From Candidatus Bathyarchaeia archaeon (GTDB taxonomy: Archaea; Thermoproteota; Bathyarchaeia; Bathyarchaeales; Bathycorpusculaceae): a stretch of 14,578 nucleotides of DNA. The notes beneath the pieces are model-generated. The model did no database searches and was not told the origin of the DNA. It was given only the letters and a program-made list of their open reading frames with translations. Position numbers and translations under genes: made by a program. Location: the NCBI GenBank assembly GCA_050012755.1, contig JBEKGO010000045.1, positions 1 to 14,578 of the forward strand, written 5' to 3'. Every line of letters begins with the position of its first letter. Position 1 is the first letter of the stretch. This document shows, piece by piece, positions 7,351 through 14,578 of the stretch.

Positions 7351-7798
7351 CTATTTAGTCGCAGATTCCACGATATCCACTATACCAGAAATATTTTTCA
7401 GTAGCTACTCTGGAATATTGTGACGTTCCTTTAGATAAAGTGGCGAATTGTATGATACCCACACTTTCCCGTTTGCATCTTGGGAAACAAGGATCTTTAG
7501 CAAAAAATCAATGGCTACAGTTGGGGCAGCAATCATTAAGGGGTGTCCCCGCTTTCGGGTTGCCAAAGATTAGCAGTTAGGTTGGATTCATTTTTAAACC
7601 TGCATGCTCGGCATCTGCATTAAAATTTATGCTAGCAAAAATTGTTATCCCCCTTGACAAAGCAGTGGATTTTAGCCGTTCAAATGTGTCTCCAAAAGAA
7701 TGTTCGCTTTGCACCTGCACGATTCCGTTTTTTAATAGTTGACAATCGTAAGTCACATTTGTAATTTGCTTTGTAGGGTAATTATTGTTTTCGTTCAT
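7351..7798 (-). pseudogene. DUF302 domain protein pseudogene
   Basis: Reconstructed as ...SEHSFGDTFERL...GITIFASINFNADAEHAGLKMNPT*LLIFGNPKAGTP/LMIAAPTVAIDFLLKILVSQDANGKVWVSYNSPLYLKERHNIPE*LLKNISGI... Lesions: TAA 7577-7579, a 1-nt insertion in the run at 7540-7543, and TAG 7405-7407. Natural stop at 7351. Confidence 0.88.
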
Positions 7799-8023
7799 TG
7801 AGATTTTTGGTGTCTCAGGAAACCATTTTCTGTTCATCAAATCCCACTATGGAAGGGCACTTCTTGGACGCGAGAAAACCTTAATCGCTAAACTCCTGCC
7901 TCAAGTCCCAAAAATCTTTTATCTCCTGAAAGTTGGTTTATTTGTTTACTGCGCAATGATTAAGACCGAGCGAAAAAGGAGAAAGGCGAATGAGAGGCTC
8001 ATGTTAGTAAAAAGAAAGGTGGT

Positions 8024-8692
8024 GTGAGAATTATGAAAAGAATACGCGTTCTAATCGTGATGCTTTTCCTCGTAGCCTCGCTCGCCTGCACTCTCGTCTA
8101 TTTCACAACTCCAGCTTTGACGCTGTGGCTCCATCAGACTATTGAGCAAATTGCCGTCTCTTTTTTGGCGCTGGCCGTTTTGTCAGCTTTCATGGTCCCC
8201 GTCATCGCGAGGACGAGAAGGTTTGACAGGAAGGTCGCCGTGCCCAATGCAATCAAGGCCATTGCCCTGATCGGTTTTGTGGTAAGTACAATTGGATTTG
8301 CAATTTTTGGGTATGTAACGGCGACTTCTCATTACAACTCCTGGTCCCGTTCATTTCTCGTTTCATATTACTCCACATTTCCAATAGGCACTTTTTTTTT
8401 CGGTGTCGTCGGTTTCGCGTTCTTTGTTTCTGCTTCTCTTTGTCTTCTGGCTTACTTCCTCGAGAAAGGAAAAATGGGCGCATTCAAGGAAACGTTGCTA
8501 TTCTTCGTTTTTCCCGCACTCATTATCTATGAACTTTGGCTATCGTTGGCCGATCCTGTGGAGATGCCAATTCACGTCACCATGTTCTTGTCGAGCACTC
8601 CACTCGCAGGCATACTGACCAACTGGTTTATTTTTGTTGTCTCGTCAGGTCTCTTCGTCCTCGGGCTTGCGCACAAAAAGCTGGGGTTTTAA
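8024..8692 (+). CDS. Hypothetical integral membrane protein (~6 TM)
   Basis: 222-aa ORF with about six hydrophobic segments and an AGGTGG SD-like sequence at ~8018-8023 (true start may be ATG 8033). No family recognised. Confidence 0.7.
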   Translation: MRIMKRIRVLIVMLFLVASLACTLVYFTTPALTLWLHQTIEQIAVSFLALAVLSAFMVPVIARTRRFDRKVAVPNAIKAIALIGFVVSTIGFAIFGYVTATSHYNSWSRSFLVSYYSTFPIGTFFFGVVGFAFFVSASLCLLAYFLEKGKMGAFKETLLFFVFPALIIYELWLSLADPVEMPIHVTMFLSSTPLAGILTNWFIFVVSSGLFVLGLAHKKLGF

Positions 8693-8981
8693 ATCCTCAG
8701 GCCGAGAAAAGTTGTTGACCGTACCATTAACGCAGTGCATCCACCATGTTGAGTTTGGATATACGGTTGGCTGGATAAACCGAACTTACAACCACTGACA
8801 AAACAATCACTAACGCGCCAACCGAAAGGGTGAACGGCGACAGGCAGTTTCTATGGCTATTGACATAACCCTTGATAAGTTATAATTTTAATAGATTTTA
8901 TGGTACATCTCTTTACTAGTACATTCACTTACAAATACTGTTAAAAACAGAAGAAAACAATAACTTAAGTGAGATGAAACA

Positions 8982-9629
8982 GTGACTTTGAAAAAGACTT
9001 CGCTTGCCATAGCTCTATCGTTTGTTATTGTTTTCTCTTTCGTAGCCGTCATCCAAATGGAGAAAAATAATGTACTGGCGAACAATGCAATTAGTACTTT
9101 AACTGCATTCTCAGGGAATCAAATACCATATCAAGATATAATCAAAGAATCGCCTGTTTCGTCAATCAACAATTCAACAACTCGATTAGCGATTTACGAT
9201 TTTATCGCAACCAATCCAGGAGTTCAATTCAGAGGAATCTGCGCTGGATTAAACATCGCTATTGGAACCGCAGAATTCCATCTGGGCGTACTCAAAAAAG
9301 CTGGTCTAATTTCATTTTTCCGTGACGGAAAATATAAACGTTTTTTCACTTCGAAAAAATTTTCAGTGAAAGAAATGAAGCTAATTTCGCTTCTACGACA
9401 TGAGACAATAAAAGAAATTATGAAGAAAATAATCGCGGAGAAAACTGTTCATCACAGCAAATTAGCATCTCACCTTTGCATAACTTCTCAAGGCTTAACT
9501 TGGCAGATCAATCGGCTTAGAGAAGAAGGAATCATAAAAGAAACCAGTAATGGAGTAAAAATTACCTATTCATTAAACGAGACGTACGTTCAGGTAATGC
9601 CTGAACTTCTTTGCAGGGTAGAACAATAA
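8982..9629 (+). CDS. Tandem winged-HTH regulator (COG3398-like) with N-terminal signal/TM segment
   Basis: TRLAIYDFIATNPGVQFRGI...IGTAEFHLGVLKKAGLI...GKYKRFF, then a second HTH LASHLCITSQGLTWQINRLREEGII. Hydrophobic stretch at residues ~8-24. Confidence 0.85.
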   Translation: MTLKKTSLAIALSFVIVFSFVAVIQMEKNNVLANNAISTLTAFSGNQIPYQDIIKESPVSSINNSTTRLAIYDFIATNPGVQFRGICAGLNIAIGTAEFHLGVLKKAGLISFFRDGKYKRFFTSKKFSVKEMKLISLLRHETIKEIMKKIIAEKTVHHSKLASHLCITSQGLTWQINRLREEGIIKETSNGVKITYSLNETYVQVMPELLCRVEQ

Positions 9630-9716
9630 ATTGAAAACTCAACCTGTAAGCAAATGTACCTCAAGCTATATTATTAGTTATAGTTAACGTCTCCGTGAGT
9701 GAGAGAGGAAGTTGAT

Positions 9717-10409
9717 ATGTTCGCAGATCAAGACAGCATGGTTTACACGGAAGCCTTAGAAAAAACATACCAGATCGGCTCCGAAAAAATCGAAGTCCTA
9801 AAAAACATAACGTTGTCAATACCCAAAGCAAAATTTATCGCACTCTGCGGTCCATCAGGTTCAGGAAAAACCACTTTACTAAACATCATTGGTGGAATTG
9901 ACAAGCCGACAAGTGGCAAAATTTTTGTGGCAGGTCAAGATTTAACTGTTAAAGATGAAGATTTTCTTTCAGAATTTCGATGCAACAATGTTGGTTTTGT
10001 TTTTCAAGCCTATAATCTTGTTTCAACTTTAACGATGGCTGAAAATGTTGCTTTTCCTATGGAATGGACTCGAAAGCCTGAGGATGAAATTGAAAATCGG
10101 GTTTCTGAATTGCTTGAAACGGTTGGTCTGCAGCATCGAGCGAATCATTTTCCTTCGCAACTTAGCGGCGGCGAACAACAAAGAGTAGCTTTCGCCAGGG
10201 CGTTAGCCAATGACCCGCAGCTAATTCTTGCAGATGAGCCCACAGGCAATTTAGACACGAAAAACGCTCAAAAAATAATTCAAGTTCTCCAGATATTAAA
10301 GGAACAGGGAAAGACCATTATTGTATCTACCCATGACATGCAAATAACACAGTTGGCTGACCAAGTTTTATACCTCAAAGAAGGCAAATTGGCGAGCGAA
10401 AATGAGTAG
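9717..10409 (+). CDS. ABC transporter ATP-binding protein (LolD/MacB/FtsE-like)
   Basis: Walker [11 protein letters not shown]-loop VGFVFQ, signature [10 protein letters not shown], Walker [13 protein letters not shown]-loop STHD. ATG 9717 follows GAGG at 9705-9708; the ORF track starts at GTG 9699. Confidence 0.95.
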   Translation: MFADQDSMVYTEALEKTYQIGSEKIEVLKNITLSIPKAKFIALCGPSGSGKTTLLNIIGGIDKPTSGKIFVAGQDLTVKDEDFLSEFRCNNVGFVFQAYNLVSTLTMAENVAFPMEWTRKPEDEIENRVSELLETVGLQHRANHFPSQLSGGEQQRVAFARALANDPQLILADEPTGNLDTKNAQKIIQVLQILKEQGKTIIVSTHDMQITQLADQVLYLKEGKLASENE

Positions 10410-12273
10410 CGCTGGTTTCCCAATCAACGATCTACTTCGAAGGAAACTTCAGACAAGCCTGACCATAGCCACTTTAACGTTAAGTGTTGCCTCCACACTG
10501 TTTCTTTTGCTTTTTAGCAGCCGTTTAGGATATAACGTAGCCTCAGCCACAGGAGTTTTAACCCAAGGCTTAGACTCCATCTTTTCTCAATTCATTCTTT
10601 TCATTGGTATATTGATTTTTGCAGTCGGCGCGGTTTTGGCAGCCTTTATTGCCTTTTTGATGATGGCTCAAAGAACCCGCGATTTCGGTTTAATGAAGGC
10701 CGCAGGATGCCCAAATAGTCTCGTAGGAGGCTATTTCATGACTGAACTTTTGACAACAGCCTTTGCGGGATGCATCTTGGGCGTAGCTCTTGGTATCTTA
10801 ATGGATTATTCAGCGGCTAATCTTGTTTTTTCTTCATATCATATGCCTAATTTCTGGTTTGCACCACTGATTTTTGTCGTTTTCTTGGTTCTTACAGTCA
10901 TTGTTGGTCTTCAGCCAATCCTTAAAGCTGCCAAAATGTCTCCTGTAGATGCACTTTCACCCGTGCAGTATTACGGCTTAATCACGACAAACAAACATAA
11001 GGCAGTCTCAAGCTCAGCATTAACGTGGAGAATTGCTTCAAGAAGCCTATTTCGTCGGCAATCGGCAACTGTTAGAATTGTCGTTTTGCTTTCAATAGTC
11101 TTTATTTTGCTTACGGTTTCGGTTGCGGGAGGAATCATTGCCAGCGGCACCACCACATCGTGGGTTCAAAACACCGTTGATAAAAACACAGTTGCAATAG
11201 CAGACAACAGCATGGGAATTCAATACAAACTGCTGCTATCAAAGTTTTCAGGAGCCACAGAAACAGGCGAATTTAACTATTCAGACCCAAAGCTAGCCAT
11301 TCCACAGACAGTTATCGATCAGTTAAGCGCTCTGCCAAGTGTAAGTTTAGTTGATTCACGCTTGATTTTGAAAGAGCACGTTCAAGAAATCTCCAATTTC
11401 ACCGTTGACTATCCCACTCAGACTACTTATTCCGTGGGGGATAGCAGGCAGGGTGATTCGCTGGTTATCGGCATTGACCCCGAAAAACTTGCGGGCACAT
11501 GGTTCACACAAGGACGGTTTTTAGCGCAAAACGATGATTTGAAAGCCGTTGTTGGCGACACGGTAGCCAGCACGATGTATTCAATCGACCGCAGCAAAAA
11601 CATAAACATATCCAACGCCTTAGATGAAAGTATAGAGTTTCAAAACAACACTTTTAACATTGTTGGGGTCTGCACTGATCCGACAAACAATGGGTTAGTC
11701 GTCTACGTTCCAATTCAAACATTAATGAATATTTCAGGTTATAGCCCGAACTTGCTTCTGGTAACGCTGAATAATTCAACTGACCGCTCAGCCACCATTA
11801 CACAAATCAAAGCATTAATTCAATCGACAGATCCCAACTTGAACGTTTTTCCACTCGACAGTATTATTCAAAAGAACACGAATTTCTTAGCCTCAACTTG
11901 GCAAACTATAATGCTTCTGCCACTTTTCACGGTGGTTTCCGCTGCCCTTTGCTTGGTAGGTTATATGATGCTCGCGGTAGATGAGCAACATCAAGAATTC
12001 GCTGTTTTACGGGCTGTTGGAGCTAAACCAAAAATAATTGTTGCTATTTTAGCAATTCAGAGTATGATTGTTCTACTTTCAAGCTTTGGGGTTGGAGTAT
12101 CGCTCGGCACTGTCATAACTTTAATTATTTTAATCCAGCAACCACTGGTTACAAGTGTCACTATTCTTGAAATTACCGGTTGGTTTCTTGCAGCCTTAGC
12201 AGGAATGTTCATTTTTAGTCTTTACCCAGCTTTCAGACTTGCAAAAGCTTCAATCCTAAAAATTATGACTTAA
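10402..12273 (+). CDS. ABC transporter permease with two FtsX-type domains
   Basis: Two FtsX motifs (QRTRDFGLMKAAG, EQHQEFAVLRAVGA), a MacB-like extracytoplasmic domain (QGRFL...AVVG...FNIVGV) in the second half, and overlap with the ATPase stop. Confidence 0.9.
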   Translation: MSSAGFPINDLLRRKLQTSLTIATLTLSVASTLFLLLFSSRLGYNVASATGVLTQGLDSIFSQFILFIGILIFAVGAVLAAFIAFLMMAQRTRDFGLMKAAGCPNSLVGGYFMTELLTTAFAGCILGVALGILMDYSAANLVFSSYHMPNFWFAPLIFVVFLVLTVIVGLQPILKAAKMSPVDALSPVQYYGLITTNKHKAVSSSALTWRIASRSLFRRQSATVRIVVLLSIVFILLTVSVAGGIIASGTTTSWVQNTVDKNTVAIADNSMGIQYKLLLSKFSGATETGEFNYSDPKLAIPQTVIDQLSALPSVSLVDSRLILKEHVQEISNFTVDYPTQTTYSVGDSRQGDSLVIGIDPEKLAGTWFTQGRFLAQNDDLKAVVGDTVASTMYSIDRSKNINISNALDESIEFQNNTFNIVGVCTDPTNNGLVVYVPIQTLMNISGYSPNLLLVTLNNSTDRSATITQIKALIQSTDPNLNVFPLDSIIQKNTNFLASTWQTIMLLPLFTVVSAALCLVGYMMLAVDEQHQEFAVLRAVGAKPKIIVAILAIQSMIVLLSSFGVGVSLGTVITLIILIQQPLVTSVTILEITGWFLAALAGMFIFSLYPAFRLAKASILKIMT

Positions 12274-12300
12274 ACTCTGAAGGGTCCCTACAGTTGCATT

Positions 12301-12317
12301 GGAAAGCATTTATGAAA
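12301..12317 (+). promoter_or_regulatory. BRE/TATA promoter of thpR-cca
   Basis: GGAAAG followed by TTTATGAA about 40 nt upstream of ATG 12349, with a GAGG SD in between. Confidence 0.5.
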
Positions 12318-12348
12318 GTTAAGTGTTAGAAATACTGAGGAAACTGCG

Positions 12349-12927
12349 ATGTCTGAACAAATCAGAAGCTTCATAGCGTTTGACTTAGAAAATGAGCAGG
12401 TACTTAGCAGGCTTACGCAAGCGCAGAAACTTGTTCTTGAAACAGGAGCCGACCTCAGGCTTGTGGCGCCAAAGAACATTCATGTAACTATTCGTTTTCT
12501 CGGGGACATAAGCCCCGGCATGGTTGAAAAAGTCTACGAAGCCATGAAAAAAGTCGAATTCAAACCTTTCACCGTTCAAATAAGGGGTCTGGGGGTTTTT
12601 CCGAGCCTAAATTTTCCGAGAGTTGTTTGGGCAGGAATGACCGATGGAGTAGAACAACTCAGAACCATCTTTACCCAGCTCGAACCTCAGATACGCTCGC
12701 TAGGGTTCCAGGCAGATGTTTATGGTTTTAGCCCACACTTAACTATTGCACGGGTAAGAACAGGCGCTAACAAACAGCATCTAGCTGAATTTGTAACAAA
12801 AAAAGGCGACTTCGAATTTGGCACAATACAAGCCAACTGCCTGCGGCTCAAAAGAAGCCAGCTATCTTCGAAAGGTCCAACTTACTCAACAATTAAAGAA
12901 TATTGCCCAAATACAGAAACAAAATGA
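12349..12927 (+). CDS. thpR: RNA 2',3'-cyclic phosphodiesterase (2H family, LigT-like)
   Basis: N-terminal RSFIAFD, two HxT motifs (NIHVTIRFLG, FSPHLTIARV), PRVVWAG and GPTYS. Confidence 0.95.
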   Translation: MSEQIRSFIAFDLENEQVLSRLTQAQKLVLETGADLRLVAPKNIHVTIRFLGDISPGMVEKVYEAMKKVEFKPFTVQIRGLGVFPSLNFPRVVWAGMTDGVEQLRTIFTQLEPQIRSLGFQADVYGFSPHLTIARVRTGANKQHLAEFVTKKGDFEFGTIQANCLRLKRSQLSSKGPTYSTIKEYCPNTETK

Positions 12928-14354
12928 TAGCCATGCAAGAAACCGACCAGCTAACCAAACAAGTGCTTGAGAAAATCACTCCTGCAAAAGGGGATCGCGT
13001 AAAAGTTGAAGCCATAGCCCGCGAATTAGAGCTTAAAGTAACCTTGGCTTGTAAACAAGAAGGCATTCCAGCAATTGTGCGGGTAGAAGGCTCGGTTGCA
13101 AAAGATACATGGCTCAAGGACAACCCCGATATTGACATTTTTATGCGGTTGCCAACTTCAATTCCGAGAAAAAACCTAGGCGATGTAGCATTAAGAATCG
13201 CTAAAAAGGCTGCTGGCTCCTATAAGCAAACTGAACGTTTTGCTGAGCACCCGTATCTTCAATTAATCGTGGAAGATTACCGCGTCGATATTGTGCCCTG
13301 TTACGATACCAAGTCAGGAGAATGGCAAAGTGCCACCGACCGAACACCTTACCACACAGACTACATCAAAAAACATTTGGACAAAGACCTGCGCGGAGAA
13401 GTTCGGCTACTGAAGAAATTCATGCAGAGCACAGGAGTTTACGGGGCAGAAATAAAAGTCGGCGGATTCAGCGGCTACCTCTGCGAACTACTAATAATGA
13501 AATATCGCTCGTTCACCCAAACAATCGAAGCCTTTGCACACTACAAAAAACGTATAATAGTAGACATCGAAAAGTTTTATGCAAGCAGGGAAAACGATCT
13601 CTCACTGCTTTTTCCTGAGCCCTTAGTAATCGTTGACCCGGTTGACAAAGGAAGAAACGTAGCTTCAGCCGTGCAACCGACAAAACTATACGATTTTATC
13701 GGTGCAGCCAGAGCATTCTTAAATAAACCAGAACAAGTCTTCTTTTATCCACCAAAAACAGAAGCATTACCGATTGAAAAACTGAAAAGTCAGTTTGAAA
13801 ACCGCGGCTCAACTATCATGTTTCTAGTAGTCGATCAAATCAGCGCTGTTCCAGACGTTTTATGGGGGCAACTATTCAAGACAAAACGGTCCCTGAATAA
13901 GCTACTGGAGCTAAGTGAATACAAAATCCTCAACAACGCGGTTTGGAGTAACGAAAAAAACTTGAGCGTTTTCATTTTTGAGCTTGAACAACAGGTTTTG
14001 CCAAATATAAAAAAGCATCTTGGTCCACCGCTTGAGCGAGAAGTTGAAGGAGAAAATTTCCTCGCAAAATACAGAGACAATAAAACCGTGATTTCTGGAC
14101 CCTACATTGAGGATGGACGTTGGACGGTTATGGTTCCGCGCAAAACAACAGATGCGACAGCGCTCCTGAAGGAGAAGCTTGTGGATGACGCCAAAAACGC
14201 TGGCGTTGCTGAACTGATCGCCAAGTCAATCCAAAAAGGCTTTACCGTTCTGGTTAATTCCGAAATTGACCCAACTTATTTAGAAAATGCTGATTTTGCT
14301 GAGTTTCTTTCAGATTTTATATCGGGCAAACCTTTTTGGCTAAAAGTCAAATAA
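12924..14354 (+). CDS. cca: Archaeal class I CCA tRNA nucleotidyltransferase
   Basis: EGSVAKDTWL...DIDIF nucleotidyltransferase motif, AEHPY, VDIVPCY, DRTPYHT, GVYGAEIKVGGFSGYLCELL and DPVDKGRNVASA. ATG 12924 overlaps the thpR TGA; ATG 12933 is an alternative start. Confidence 0.97.
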   Translation: MIAMQETDQLTKQVLEKITPAKGDRVKVEAIARELELKVTLACKQEGIPAIVRVEGSVAKDTWLKDNPDIDIFMRLPTSIPRKNLGDVALRIAKKAAGSYKQTERFAEHPYLQLIVEDYRVDIVPCYDTKSGEWQSATDRTPYHTDYIKKHLDKDLRGEVRLLKKFMQSTGVYGAEIKVGGFSGYLCELLIMKYRSFTQTIEAFAHYKKRIIVDIEKFYASRENDLSLLFPEPLVIVDPVDKGRNVASAVQPTKLYDFIGAARAFLNKPEQVFFYPPKTEALPIEKLKSQFENRGSTIMFLVVDQISAVPDVLWGQLFKTKRSLNKLLELSEYKILNNAVWSNEKNLSVFIFELEQQVLPNIKKHLGPPLEREVEGENFLAKYRDNKTVISGPYIEDGRWTVMVPRKTTDATALLKEKLVDDAKNAGVAELIAKSIQKGFTVLVNSEIDPTYLENADFAEFLSDFISGKPFWLKVK

Positions 14355-14415
14355 ATTGCCCAACCTTAACATGTTTTGTGTAAGGAGCAGTTATGTGGGC
14401 TACTAAAAGAGGAGT

Positions 14416-14577
14416 CTATTGTGTGACCGAGTGGTACCAGCTGATTATGTATTCTGGAAGGTTTAATCCTCTCTGTCCAAGCCGCTCTGCCAATTTAACT
14501 GGCACCGGACTCAACACGTAAGCTGCTCTTGTATAGAAGCGTCTTGGAGTTAGCGGTTTTGCTTCTTCCGGCAAAAT
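14416..14577 (-). CDS. Partial CDS (C-terminus) of an unknown protein, convergent with cca
   Basis: Frame open from the window edge: ILPEEAKPLTPRRFYTRAAYVLSPVPVKLAERLGQRGLNLPEYIISWYHSVTQ, ending at TAG 14416-14418. No family recognised. Confidence 0.5.
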   Translation of the reverse strand: MLPEEAKPLTPRRFYTRAAYVLSPVPVKLAERLGQRGLNLPEYIISWYHSVTQ

Positions 14578-14578
14578 G

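Noticed and set aside
7405-7407. In-frame TAG in the DUF302 gene as pyrrolysine/readthrough
   Set aside because: The same gene also has a TAA and a frameshift, and TAG is used as a normal stop elsewhere in the window.
7785-8027. 80-aa + strand ORF
   Set aside because: No SD or recognisable motif; it spans the probable upstream region of two divergent genes.
8720-8870. Possible IS6-like transposase remnant (RVNGDRQFLW.., ..AID in an adjacent frame)
   Set aside because: Similarity covers only about ten residues and needs frameshifts; no terminal inverted repeats seen. A tblastx search against ISfinder would decide it.
9701-9708. GAGAGAGG upstream of the ABC ATPase is complementary to the putative ncRNA loop
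   Set aside because: Only 8 nt of low-complexity match, which is not significant on its own.
1-14578. CRISPR array, tRNA/rRNA genes, integrase or intact transposase
   Set aside because: No regularly spaced repeats, cloverleaf-compatible sequences or recombinase motifs were seen on reading.

Overview
Archaeal chromosomal DNA: class I CCA-adding enzyme with ThpR, TATA/BRE promoters, T-tract terminators. The protein style resembles Bathyarchaeia/TACK (inference). The left end has the C-terminus of a probable UPF0282 metallo-hydrolase and a TMEM165/GDT1 transporter. A minus-strand block follows: an unannotated 59-aa ORF, an HTH_45 regulator, a coiled-coil/wHTH protein with a MinD/ParA ATPase (palindromic operator upstream), a MobA-like protein with a degenerate active site, and a candidate ~105-nt hairpin ncRNA with a C/U-rich loop, its own TATA box and T-tracts. 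The middle (~3.9-8.9 kb) looks accessory and decaying: a truncated O-methyltransferase, a GT-C membrane glycosyltransferase, a 49-aa very basic ORF, a DUF302 pseudogene and an orphan membrane protein. The right side has a COG3398-type regulator with a signal-like N-terminus, a LolD/FtsX-type ABC pair, thpR-cca and a partial minus-strand gene. The most novel-looking items are the putative ncRNA (1016-1124), the pseudo-MobA and the wHTH-MinD/ParA module. Family calls come from motif recognition; no searches were run.
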